From positions 340,444 through 404,443 of the forward strand of contig CAYVNN010000002.1 of NCBI GenBank assembly GCA_964453185.1: 64,000 nucleotides of DNA. The letters are read 5' to 3'. A model generated the notes under the pieces. That model made no database searches. It saw only the letters and a program-made list of their open reading frames with translations, and had not been told where the DNA came from. This DNA comes from an uncultured Methanosarcinales archaeon (GTDB lineage: Archaea; Nanobdellota; Nanobdellia; Woesearchaeales; DSVV01). Both the position numbers and the translations under genes were made by a program. This document shows positions 28,816-38,205 of this stretch, piece by piece. How positions within the stretch are numbered: the stretch's first letter is position 1; each line of letters opens with the position of its first letter.

Positions 28816-30336
28816 ATGTGTGGAATAGGGGCAATAATAGGAATTGAATCAATAAAACAAGATGATGTTATTAAATTAATGTCTCCAATTAAAACTAGAG
28901 GGGAGTCATTTAATGAACATGTTATATTAAAAACAGCAGTTCTTGCATGTAATAGATTAAAGATAGTTGATAGAGATCAAGCAAAACAACCTATATTTAA
29001 TGAGAAAAGAAACATATTTGCAGTGTTTAATGGTGAAATCTATAATTATAAAAAACTAAAATTAGAATTAGAACAATTGGGTCATATTTTTATAACTAAT
29101 TCTGATACAGAAGTTTTAGTGCATGGTTATGAAGAATGGAAAACAGATCTTCCGAAAAAGTTAGATGGGCAATTTGCCTTTGTAATTTATGATAAAACAA
29201 CAAATGAATTTATTGCTGCTAGAGATCCTTATGGTATTAAACCATTATTCTATGCAAAACATATTAACAAATTTTATTTTGCTTCTGAAATAAAACAACT
29301 AATTAGTTTTGTTGGTTCAATTAATCAACTAGAGCCAGGCCATTTGATAACAAATCAAGGAAAGGATAGATATTATTATTTACCTCATGAAGATATTGAA
29401 ACAATCAAGTTAAATATTAAACAATTATTTGATAAAGCAGTTAAAAAGAGAGTTCAAACAGATTTGCCTATTGCAGTTTTTCTTAGTGGTGGGATTGATA
29501 GTACTGCAGTTCTTGCAATAGCAAGAAAACATCATAAAAATGTAACTGCAATCATTGTTGGTAATATTTGGGAAAGCAATGATTCAGATGCAAAGTATGC
29601 AATTAAATATTGTAAAGAGAATAATATAAAATATAAACATTTTATTCCTCCAGATGAAAATGAATTATTTAATTTAGTTCCTGAAATAATTAAGATTACT
29701 GAAAGTTTTGAACCAAACATGGTAAAACAATCTGTTTTATCTTATTACATAGCAAAGATAGCAAAAGAATCTGGATTTAAAATTGCTCTTTGTGGTGAAG
29801 GTGCAGATGAAATTTTTGCAGGATATCCTGAATTTACTAATATAGATGTTATTAATATAAATGAATTAGCAATAAATTTTTTTAAAAATTTATATAGAAC
29901 ACAACTTCAAAGAGTTGATAAAACTTCTATGCATCATACTGTTGAGGTTAGAACACCATTTCTAGATTTTAATTTAGTCAATTATTGTTTAGAACTTCCT
30001 GGAGATTTAAAAGTAAAAAATAATGTAACAAAGTGGATTTTAAGAGAATCATTAAATGGTATGCTTCCTGATTATATTCTCTATAGAAAAAAAATTGTTC
30101 TTAGTGAAGGGATGGGTCATAAAGGTAATTCTTTAACAAAAGGAATGTTTACAGAAATAATATCTAATCTTGTAACAGATGAAGAATTAGATACTTACAA
30201 AAAAAAATATCCTAAACTAAATATTACAACAAAAGAAGAGGTGTATTATTTTAAACTATATTGTTCATTTGGATATGATAAATTAATTCTTGATACTCGT
30301 CCTGTTGTGAATAAAATACATAGTGCAGGTAAATAA
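28816..30336 (+). CDS. asnB: Asparagine synthetase B-like amidotransferase
   Basis: MCGIG, FNGEIYN, DGQFAF, LSGGIDS, GEGADEIFAGY and RVDK. Confidence 0.9.
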   Translation: MCGIGAIIGIESIKQDDVIKLMSPIKTRGESFNEHVILKTAVLACNRLKIVDRDQAKQPIFNEKRNIFAVFNGEIYNYKKLKLELEQLGHIFITNSDTEVLVHGYEEWKTDLPKKLDGQFAFVIYDKTTNEFIAARDPYGIKPLFYAKHINKFYFASEIKQLISFVGSINQLEPGHLITNQGKDRYYYLPHEDIETIKLNIKQLFDKAVKKRVQTDLPIAVFLSGGIDSTAVLAIARKHHKNVTAIIVGNIWESNDSDAKYAIKYCKENNIKYKHFIPPDENELFNLVPEIIKITESFEPNMVKQSVLSYYIAKIAKESGFKIALCGEGADEIFAGYPEFTNIDVININELAINFFKNLYRTQLQRVDKTSMHHTVEVRTPFLDFNLVNYCLELPGDLKVKNNVTKWILRESLNGMLPDYILYRKKIVLSEGMGHKGNSLTKGMFTEIISNLVTDEELDTYKKKYPKLNITTKEEVYYFKLYCSFGYDKLILDTRPVVNKIHSAGK

Positions 30337-30337
30337 A

Positions 30338-31009
30338 ATGGATACAGTTAAATCTATAGTTAATATATTAAAGTCTAGAAAATACAACAGGCATAAGGTA
30401 AATGATATTAATTTATTAAGTAAACATATTTCAAGTTTTGTAAAGAAAAATGAACCAATTAAAATAGTTGGATATTGGGGAATAACAAATAAAAAAAATA
30501 TTGATAAAAAGGACAAAGAGACAATCAAATTTCTAAATGAAATTATTAATAGAGTTAAGAAGATCTATGATAATGGAATTAATTTTACATTTATTATTTC
30601 TGATTCGCACGCATTAATGAATGGCTATAATCATGAAGAATTTAAGGATTATATTAATAATTTAATTACTATAATTAATCATCAGGATAATATTAATTTT
30701 TTAATTTTAAGTGAATTAAGAAAAAAATATAATCTTAATAGTTTTGATGATATTAATTTTAATCCAGATAAAGATTTACACAATTTACTCTTAAAGGGAG
30801 CAGAGAGATTATTTAATGGAAATCCAAAAGTAGGATCAGAAATATACTACAAAACAAGAATCCAAGAAATAGATTTAATAGAAAAAACATTTCCTAACTA
30901 CTTATTTTTTACATATAATCATCCAAAATGTAAGGAATTTTTACCTGACATGCCTTTATTGTTCTTATATTCAAGAAAAGGAACATCAATACCTCCTTGG
31001 TTGAATTAA
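30338..31009 (+). CDS. Hypothetical protein, possibly PvcA/Dit1 (isonitrile synthase)-like
   Basis: FVxxxxPIxI...FLNEIxxxVKKIYxxGINFTFIISD pattern; starts 2 nt after the asnB stop. Confidence 0.5.
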   Translation: MDTVKSIVNILKSRKYNRHKVNDINLLSKHISSFVKKNEPIKIVGYWGITNKKNIDKKDKETIKFLNEIINRVKKIYDNGINFTFIISDSHALMNGYNHEEFKDYINNLITIINHQDNINFLILSELRKKYNLNSFDDINFNPDKDLHNLLLKGAERLFNGNPKVGSEIYYKTRIQEIDLIEKTFPNYLFFTYNHPKCKEFLPDMPLLFLYSRKGTSIPPWLN

Positions 31010-31743
31010 TCACCAAGAGTATTAACACCACATGGTAATCTGAAACCTTGTACTGGATCATGATATTTTCCAAATGCTTCACTGATTAAATTATAATTAT
31101 GTTGTACAATAGCTGCATGCTCTAATAAATTTCCAATATCACCTGACTTTTCAAATTCCTGACGATTCTGAAGATATAAATCTTGTAAAACAGATTTTAC
31201 TTCACATGTTGTACTCATTGGTTCGACTGGTTGAACAACTTCATCAACTACTCCATCCCATTCTCTATCAACAAATTGAAAAATTCCTTGATCTGGAATA
31301 TATCCTCTAAAAATAACAGGTGCATAAAATACTGGACATGGATCACTCCATCCTTCTATTTCAAGAACATGACCTGATTCTTCTACATATCTTGATGATA
31401 ATAATCCTTTTTCTTCACTCACTATCCATAGAAAATCTCCATATCCATGTTGACCTTCTATAGAACAGGCACTTCTTAATCTTTCAACAAGTTTTTGATC
31501 TGTTGCATATCCCATGTCTATTAATCTTTGTGTAAATTCAGGTGGAATTGGCAATTTTTCTTCTAAATCTAATATTTTAGCACATCCTCGAAATCCTCTG
31601 TTGTACTGTTCACCTTCTACAGGTGCAAATCCTTGATGATATGCAGGTTGTTGTACTACTAGTTCTTCTCCTCCATTATTTGGTTCTCCAGATGTACAGC
31701 CAAATGCTAATACTAATGCACACAAACTAGTTCCTAATTTCAT
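31006..31743 (-). CDS. Putative lipoprotein
   Basis: MKLGTSLCALVLAFGC lipobox; start at 31743. Confidence 0.65.
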   Translation of the reverse strand: MKLGTSLCALVLAFGCTSGEPNNGGEELVVQQPAYHQGFAPVEGEQYNRGFRGCAKILDLEEKLPIPPEFTQRLIDMGYATDQKLVERLRSACSIEGQHGYGDFLWIVSEEKGLLSSRYVEESGHVLEIEGWSDPCPVFYAPVIFRGYIPDQGIFQFVDREWDGVVDEVVQPVEPMSTTCEVKSVLQDLYLQNRQEFEKSGDIGNLLEHAAIVQHNYNLISEAFGKYHDPVQGFRLPCGVNTLGD

Positions 31744-31834
31744 AAATATCGCCCCCAGTAAAAGAGAGTAATGAAGTATATTATATAAAGATTCTGCCCA
31801 AACCTTTAAATATCCCTTAACCTCTACTATCTTT

Positions 31835-32947
31835 ATGAAAAAGAATATTTCATCTATTGAACTTGCTGTTCTACTCAAAGAAATAAGTAAGGAGTTAAAG
31901 GATTCAAAGATAGATAAGATCTATCTAATTCCACCTAAAGAAATACTTCTCCAAACTCATGTAACAGGTAAAGGAAAGAGAATCTTAAGAATAAATGTTC
32001 CTACTTTATTATACTTATCTGAAACAAAACCAGAAGCACCTGAAAAACCACATGGTTATTGTATGTTTTTAAGAAAAAGATTAGGTAATGCTAGGATCAG
32101 ATCTTTTAATCAATTAGATTTTGAAAGAATATTTGAAGTTAATATTTCAACAAAAGATACTAATTATAAATTAATCTTTGAAATGTTTTCAAAAGGAAAT
32201 GTAATTCTTTGCGATGAAAACTATAAAATAATTTCCCCTTTAGAAAACCAGAAATGGAGCCAAAGAGTTGTTAAGCCTAAGGAACAATATGTATATCCTA
32301 AATCAAAATATAACTTCCTAACAATTAAAGAGGATGATTTAAAAGAATTAATTAAGCAATCAAACAAAGACTCTATTGTAAAGGCTTTAGCAATGGATTT
32401 GGGTTTGGGTGGTATTTATGCTGAGGAATTATGTATTAAAGCCAAAATAAAAAAAGACAAGAAAACAGCAGATAATAACACTATTAAAAGATTATTTGAA
32501 CAAGTAAAAGAATTAAGAAAACTAAAAACAAAACCATTTATTACAAAAAAGAAAGAATTATTGCCTTTTGAATTATATTTTCATAAAGATGAAGAAAAGA
32601 CATATACAAAAACATTTAATGAAGCATTAGATAAAATATTTACAACAACAAAGCATGAAAATAAATTACAAAAAAAAACAACAAAACATGATAAAGAGAT
32701 AACAAAGATTGAAAAAGTTATTAAAATACAAGAAAAACAAATTTCTTCATTAGAAAACCAATACAAAGATAACACAGAAAAAGGAGAATTTATCTATAGC
32801 AATTATCAAACAATAAATGATATTTTAGAACAACTCAAAACAGCAAGAAAAACTATGTCTTGGAAAGATATTAAGAAGAAATTAAAAGGTCATAAGATTA
32901 TTAAGCAGATTAATGAGAAGAATTCTGAAATAAATATAGAAATATAA
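31835..32947 (+). CDS. rqcH: Rqc2/RqcH (NFACT) family protein, NFACT-N + HhH + first coiled coil only
   Basis: CMFLRKRL..ARI...QLDFERI, FEMFSKGNVILCD, LGLGGIYAEELC and GEFIYSNY. Confidence 0.88.
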   Translation: MKKNISSIELAVLLKEISKELKDSKIDKIYLIPPKEILLQTHVTGKGKRILRINVPTLLYLSETKPEAPEKPHGYCMFLRKRLGNARIRSFNQLDFERIFEVNISTKDTNYKLIFEMFSKGNVILCDENYKIISPLENQKWSQRVVKPKEQYVYPKSKYNFLTIKEDDLKELIKQSNKDSIVKALAMDLGLGGIYAEELCIKAKIKKDKKTADNNTIKRLFEQVKELRKLKTKPFITKKKELLPFELYFHKDEEKTYTKTFNEALDKIFTTTKHENKLQKKTTKHDKEITKIEKVIKIQEKQISSLENQYKDNTEKGEFIYSNYQTINDILEQLKTARKTMSWKDIKKKLKGHKIIKQINEKNSEINIEI

Positions 32948-33117
32948 AACATAGATAAAGTTTATACGACTTTGCTTTAGCAAATGTCGTATCAGCTGGT
33001 ATTTTCCCAAGTTTTAGCTTGCCTAAAAGCTGCTTGGAACGAATTAAGAAGAAATTAAAAGGTCATAAGATTATTAAGCAGATTAATGAGAAGAATTCTG
33101 AAATAAATATAGAAATA
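32870..33117 (+). repeat. 75-bp perfect direct repeat (32870-32944 / 33043-33117) flanking a 98-bp two-hairpin insert
   Basis: attaagaagaaattaaaaggtcat...taaatatagaaata occurs twice. Confidence 0.92.
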
Positions 33118-33126
33118 AAATAAAAA

Positions 33127-34155
33127 TTATTGTTTCTTATACAGATCTTGATTATTAATCTGTGGTTTATTTGGACTTGGTGGTCCAGGGGTTATTGGTG
33201 CAGTTGGCATTGGTCCTTTTGGTTTTTTCTCAAACATCTTCTTTATTTCATCTTTCTCTACATATGCAAGAGTACCTAAACCAGCTAATAATATTATTGC
33301 AACAATTATACCAACGATTAATCCAAGGTTACTTGAACATGGATAACAGACACCACCACAATCAACATCTTCTTCATCTTGGTTTAATATTCCATCTCCA
33401 CAATGTTCTTCTACTATTTCTTCAGCAGGTCCTGTATAATAACATGGTTCACAGGGTCCACCACAATCTACACCTTCTTCTTGACCATTCATTATGCCAT
33501 CTCCACAATGTCCATCATATTCACATTCTTGTGTTAAGTCCTCTGAAGCTCCTTCAGAGTCACAATCTCCAATATATGTACATTCTCTTGTTTGTATACC
33601 ACTTACACTACACTCACTCCATCCTGTACAATCCCATCTATTAGCACAGCTAGTATTTGTTTCATTTGTTCCAACATAAATACATTCTTTATAATGGCAC
33701 TCAAATCCATCTGCACAATCTGAATCATATTCACATTCTTCATCATCATCGCTTCCTCTACTGTTTCCATTGTTGTCATCATCATCGTCAGTATCTACAT
33801 CTGCTCCGGATGTATCTGCGGTTGTTGTAACAGTTAGGTCTAATTTAGTGACAACTCCACTATCAAATGTGTAGTTTGCAACAGATGCACCATCAATAAA
33901 GAATTCAATATTATCTCCATCCTCTCCACCTTCACTACTACTTGTAGAATCATCATCTGATAATATCATAAAAACAGGATCATAACCATATTGACTACTA
34001 GTGATGTCTGTTGTAAAATCAACACCATCTACACTAGCAACTAATACATATGCATCTCCACTAATATCTCCATAAAATTGATGAGGTAGGTCTGGAACAG
34101 CACATACTAATGAAATTGATAATAAAAAAGCCAAAAAAAAGATTAACCTTCTCAT
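33127..34155 (-). CDS. Secreted Cys-rich membrane-anchored protein
   Basis: Signal peptide, PHQFYG, W.C..WS.C, two CGDG..N..EE.VDCGG.C repeats and a C-terminal TM. Confidence 0.8.
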   Translation of the reverse strand: MRRLIFFLAFLLSISLVCAVPDLPHQFYGDISGDAYVLVASVDGVDFTTDITSSQYGYDPVFMILSDDDSTSSSEGGEDGDNIEFFIDGASVANYTFDSGVVTKLDLTVTTTADTSGADVDTDDDDDNNGNSRGSDDDEECEYDSDCADGFECHYKECIYVGTNETNTSCANRWDCTGWSECSVSGIQTRECTYIGDCDSEGASEDLTQECEYDGHCGDGIMNGQEEGVDCGGPCEPCYYTGPAEEIVEEHCGDGILNQDEEDVDCGGVCYPCSSNLGLIVGIIVAIILLAGLGTLAYVEKDEIKKMFEKKPKGPMPTAPITPGPPSPNKPQINNQDLYKKQ

Positions 34156-34964
34156 GGTACAATTACCCCATCACTTGTAACATATAACCAATAAGCTCTT
34201 GTTGGAACAACATTATAATCTTCAGAACTATCGACTTCTTCTAGATTACCATCTTCATTATACATCCATAATGAAGTGTATGTTCCATCAATATTTGAGA
34301 ATACATCACTTAATGGCTTTTCTTTTTCATCTTCATCACCATATGCAACACCTATGAGGTTCCATCCTTCATATACATTTGTACTATGTGGACTTCTTGC
34401 TCCTCCTTCACTGTCTATAATTGTACCAAGGTTAGATTCAAGATCAGTTAATGTTAAAGTAACTCCTGTATCTATAACTACAACATAACCTCTACCTGCT
34501 TCTAAATTAGTTAAATCACCCGGTGTTCCATCAGAATGCCATACTTTCCATGTACTATCTTCATAAGAATATATTGAAACATTGTATCCATCTAATAATG
34601 TACCTACAATATCTTCAATAGTATCATCCATTTCAACAAATGGAATTGAAACATAATTTTTTCCTGATATCAATGTTATTGAACTAATGTCTGTTTCACA
34701 TGTTTCGGAACAACATTCATCATCACTACTACTTAGCCACATTGCAGCACACATTTCTGTAGTTTCACAAATGTCTCCACTAAGTGAACTACAATCATTT
34801 CCTGTACAGTCATTTGGACAGGTTTCATCTTCACCATCACCACATACTCCATCACCACATATTTGTATATCATATTGGTTCAATAGAGCACATCCGTTTA
34901 AAAAACACACAAACAAACTTAAAATTAATCCGATTATTATTATTTTTTGTTTCATTTTATCCAA
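34152..34964 (-). CDS. Acidic lipoprotein / surface protein
   Basis: Lipobox LNGC, CGDGVC, G(W/K)N.(I/V) repeats and GRGY / RAYW. Confidence 0.75.
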   Translation of the reverse strand: MDKMKQKIIIIGLILSLFVCFLNGCALLNQYDIQICGDGVCGDGEDETCPNDCTGNDCSSLSGDICETTEMCAAMWLSSSDDECCSETCETDISSITLISGKNYVSIPFVEMDDTIEDIVGTLLDGYNVSIYSYEDSTWKVWHSDGTPGDLTNLEAGRGYVVVIDTGVTLTLTDLESNLGTIIDSEGGARSPHSTNVYEGWNLIGVAYGDEDEKEKPLSDVFSNIDGTYTSLWMYNEDGNLEEVDSSEDYNVVPTRAYWLYVTSDGVIVP

Positions 34965-35074
34965 AATTAGGCCTTCTCTAATATATAAATATTGTTGTTT
35001 ATATACTATTTATGAGATATTTAAATAATAAATTATAATAAATTATATAAAAGCATACTTACTCTTGGCATTCT

Positions 35075-37582
35075 ATGGCAGATATTGATGATTCATTTAC
35101 AGGTTCGTTAAATGTAGGGAAGAGATTTGAGCAAGATAAGAAGGAGAAAGAACTTCAGAAACATGTAAATAAACAAAAAAAACAAGTTCATAATAAAGGA
35201 AATATTGAATCTTTTTTTTCTAATAAATACAATCTTGTTAAACCTTATTGTAAAAAATATACTGTTGCTATCTTTTTATCAATTGCAATTATACTGGCAA
35301 TAGTAATTAGACTATATATGGCAAATATTCCTTTAATGGATGATTGGGCATACCAAACAGTTGAAACAAATTTAAGAGAGGATATAACACAAGAAATAAA
35401 CAATAGATATTATTCATTATCAAATCAAAGACAACAAGATCTTATTGAACATTCATTAATTGCATCATTAGAGGATCCAGAAAATATACTAATTATGGAA
35501 AATAAAGCAGATTCATTGCGGCAGAGCTATATGGATCCAGAAAATAATACCTATCTTTATGGTGTTGATTCATATTACTTTTATGGTTTAGCAGAAAATC
35601 AAGACTTTTCTATTGATACTCCTTTACTTCCTTTAATTGAATATTATTATTATAAAATAATGTCTGTATCAGACTCACAATTAACATTATTTGGTGCAAT
35701 ATTCTATCTCCCAATAATTTTTGTGATCTTATGTATATTTCCAATCTTTTTTATAACAAGAAAAATCGCAGGAAACACACCAGCTTTTATTGCATCAGTA
35801 TTATTTGCAATTCATCCTGAATTCTTAGCATATTCACTTGCAGGAATGACTGATACAAATATTTTAAACATTCTATTTATCTTATTTATTTCATGGATGT
35901 TTTTAGAATTTTTTGAATTCAAATCTACTAAAAAATCAATTATTACTGGAGTATTAGCTTTAGTTGCTATTGTTTTATTTAGGTATTCATGGAGTGGTTA
36001 CTATGTATCTATATTATTAATTTTATCTGTTTTTGTAATTTATTATTTAATGAAATTATTTTTTAGTCTTACAGATAAATATAATAAGAACCTTGTTTTA
36101 TTTTTATCATTAGTTATTTTTATCTTGGTTTTTGCTGGATTATATCTCCTTTTTCCTTTTTTAATTAATTATATGCCACAAAAACTTCAAAACTTTTTAC
36201 ATTTTTCATCAACTACTTGGCCTGATGCATATCTAACAATCTCAGAACTAAGACCGGTTGAGTTTAGTGATTTTGTTTATAGAACTGGCGGTAAGATCTT
36301 ATTTGTTTTATCCCTAATTGCTATATTCTATCTTTTTTATAAGAAATGTTATGAAGATTTTTCAGAAAATTCAAAATCAACAATATTATTGTTTATTGTT
36401 TTGGGTGTTTTAGGTTACACTGGACTAAGAGCATTAAGATTTTTACCTTTCTTTATTGTATTTTATTGTATTATTGCAGGAATTGGTTTTTATTTTGTTA
36501 CTAAATATTTATTTAATTTATTAAATGGAGTAATCTCAATAGAAAGTGGGATTATTAAATTAGTTGTAGGTTTAATAATTATTTCTGTTCTTTTAATTCC
36601 AATAGTTATCCCACTTAATGAAAATTTTCAAAAAACGAGAAATAGTAAACCAATAATGGATGATGCAATTTACAATAGTGCAATTGAAATAAAAAATATT
36701 TCAGATGAAGATGCACAAATCTTTGTTTGGTGGGATAAAGGTCACTTTTATGACGCATTAGCTGATAGAAATACGTTCTTATCAGCTGTTCCTTCTATGC
36801 CAAGAACATATTGGATGGCAAGGTTTTTAGAAGAAGATAATGAAGATACTGCAAAGGGATTATTAGATATGGTTGCTTGTGGTCAAGAAGAGAATTATTA
36901 TTTCTCATCTTTATCTGGTTATGGGTTTAATAATGTGTTATCAGAAATAGATGTTAGTTTAATTAATCAAACCTTTTGCTCCCATCCTGATGTTTACATT
37001 GTAGTTATTGACGACATGCTTATTAGATTCAATGTTGTTCAGCATCTTGCTGCATGGGATCCTTTAGTTAGTGATGCAACATCTCAAACATCAAGTATGA
37101 CACCTAATGATGCTGTTGATTTTATTGAAACAAATTATAATTTAAATAAATCTGAAGCAAATAGAGTTTTTATGGAAACATTAAGTGAGGATGAAATAAC
37201 AGATATTCCTATTATTCAATATGATTGTTCTATCTATGAGGATAGTGGCCAATGTATTATTGGTGATTATATTTTTAATCTTAATTTAGAAACAATGAAT
37301 GTTGATTATAAATCATATAATCCTTTAAGATTTTATTATGTTGAAGATGGCATTGTTACAGAGGTAAATTATACAGACGGTCCATATTCAATACCTTATG
37401 TATTAATTGTTTATAAAAGAGTTAATAATTATCATGCGGTTTTAGTTTCAGAAGATGTTGCAGATTCAATGTTCATAAAGATGTTATTATTAGAAGGATA
37501 TGGTTTAGATTATTTTGAAAAGGTTTATGATTATGTTCGACCAGAAACAAAGCATGCTGTTGTGTATAAGTTAATTGAATAA
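35075..37582 (+). CDS. aglB: Oligosaccharyltransferase AglB/STT3
   Basis: DSYY, TISE and WWDKG motifs; many TM helices. Confidence 0.9.
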   Translation: MADIDDSFTGSLNVGKRFEQDKKEKELQKHVNKQKKQVHNKGNIESFFSNKYNLVKPYCKKYTVAIFLSIAIILAIVIRLYMANIPLMDDWAYQTVETNLREDITQEINNRYYSLSNQRQQDLIEHSLIASLEDPENILIMENKADSLRQSYMDPENNTYLYGVDSYYFYGLAENQDFSIDTPLLPLIEYYYYKIMSVSDSQLTLFGAIFYLPIIFVILCIFPIFFITRKIAGNTPAFIASVLFAIHPEFLAYSLAGMTDTNILNILFILFISWMFLEFFEFKSTKKSIITGVLALVAIVLFRYSWSGYYVSILLILSVFVIYYLMKLFFSLTDKYNKNLVLFLSLVIFILVFAGLYLLFPFLINYMPQKLQNFLHFSSTTWPDAYLTISELRPVEFSDFVYRTGGKILFVLSLIAIFYLFYKKCYEDFSENSKSTILLFIVLGVLGYTGLRALRFLPFFIVFYCIIAGIGFYFVTKYLFNLLNGVISIESGIIKLVVGLIIISVLLIPIVIPLNENFQKTRNSKPIMDDAIYNSAIEIKNISDEDAQIFVWWDKGHFYDALADRNTFLSAVPSMPRTYWMARFLEEDNEDTAKGLLDMVACGQEENYYFSSLSGYGFNNVLSEIDVSLINQTFCSHPDVYIVVIDDMLIRFNVVQHLAAWDPLVSDATSQTSSMTPNDAVDFIETNYNLNKSEANRVFMETLSEDEITDIPIIQYDCSIYEDSGQCIIGDYIFNLNLETMNVDYKSYNPLRFYYVEDGIVTEVNYTDGPYSIPYVLIVYKRVNNYHAVLVSEDVADSMFIKMLLLEGYGLDYFEKVYDYVRPETKHAVVYKLIE

Positions 37583-37624
37583 TAATTAGCACCACCACCT
37601 TATCTCGCAGATATTAAGAATAAA

Positions 37625-37978
37625 ATGAATAAAATATTAAACAAAACAAAGGATACTGTTATTTCTTCAAAGGTAAAGATATGTAAATCAATATTCTCAA
37701 AAGCTCTTGGTTTAATGTTTTCTTTTGAACCAAAACCATTAATCTTTATATTTAACAGAGAAAGAATAGTATCTTTACATATGTTCTTTGTCTTTTTTCC
37801 AATTGATGTATTATTTTTAGATGAAGAAATGTCTGTTGTTGAGGTAAAGAAAAACCTTAGGCCATGGAAATTTTATATTCCAAAGAAAATGTCAAAGTTT
37901 GTTATAGAATTACCTATGGGAACAATTGATAATTCAAACACAGAAATAGGAGACTATATCAACTTTCAACATTATTAA
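37625..37978 (+). CDS. DUF192 family protein
   Basis: GLMF, HMFFVFFPIDVLFLD and VIELP.G. Confidence 0.9.
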   Translation: MNKILNKTKDTVISSKVKICKSIFSKALGLMFSFEPKPLIFIFNRERIVSLHMFFVFFPIDVLFLDEEMSVVEVKKNLRPWKFYIPKKMSKFVIELPMGTIDNSNTEIGDYINFQHY

Positions 37979-38165
37979 CACTAATGCTTTCATTTTCTGT
38001 ATAAGTATCAACAACTTCTCCAGTCTCTGCATCAATTGTTTCAACAACAACGGTTTGTTTTTCAACTATTTTTTGTGTACTAGGTAATTTTGGCTCAATA
38101 CCAGTTACCTCAAAGAACACCATTGACAACACGAAAATAATGATTAAAACTGTGAATATTCTCAT
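37959..38165 (-). CDS. Small membrane or secreted protein
   Basis: 68 aa with an N-terminal hydrophobic helix. Confidence 0.5.
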   Translation of the reverse strand: MRIFTVLIIIFVLSMVFFEVTGIEPKLPSTQKIVEKQTVVVETIDAETGEVVDTYTENESISVNNVES

Positions 38166-38205
38166 TTTAGAAGATTCTTGGATTTGGGGTTTATATTTTT
38201 TGTTA

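Noticed and set aside
31744-31878. Long N-terminal version of ORF 31006-31878
   Set aside because: It overlaps the divergent rqcH start and promoter region; the lipoprotein signal begins at 31743.
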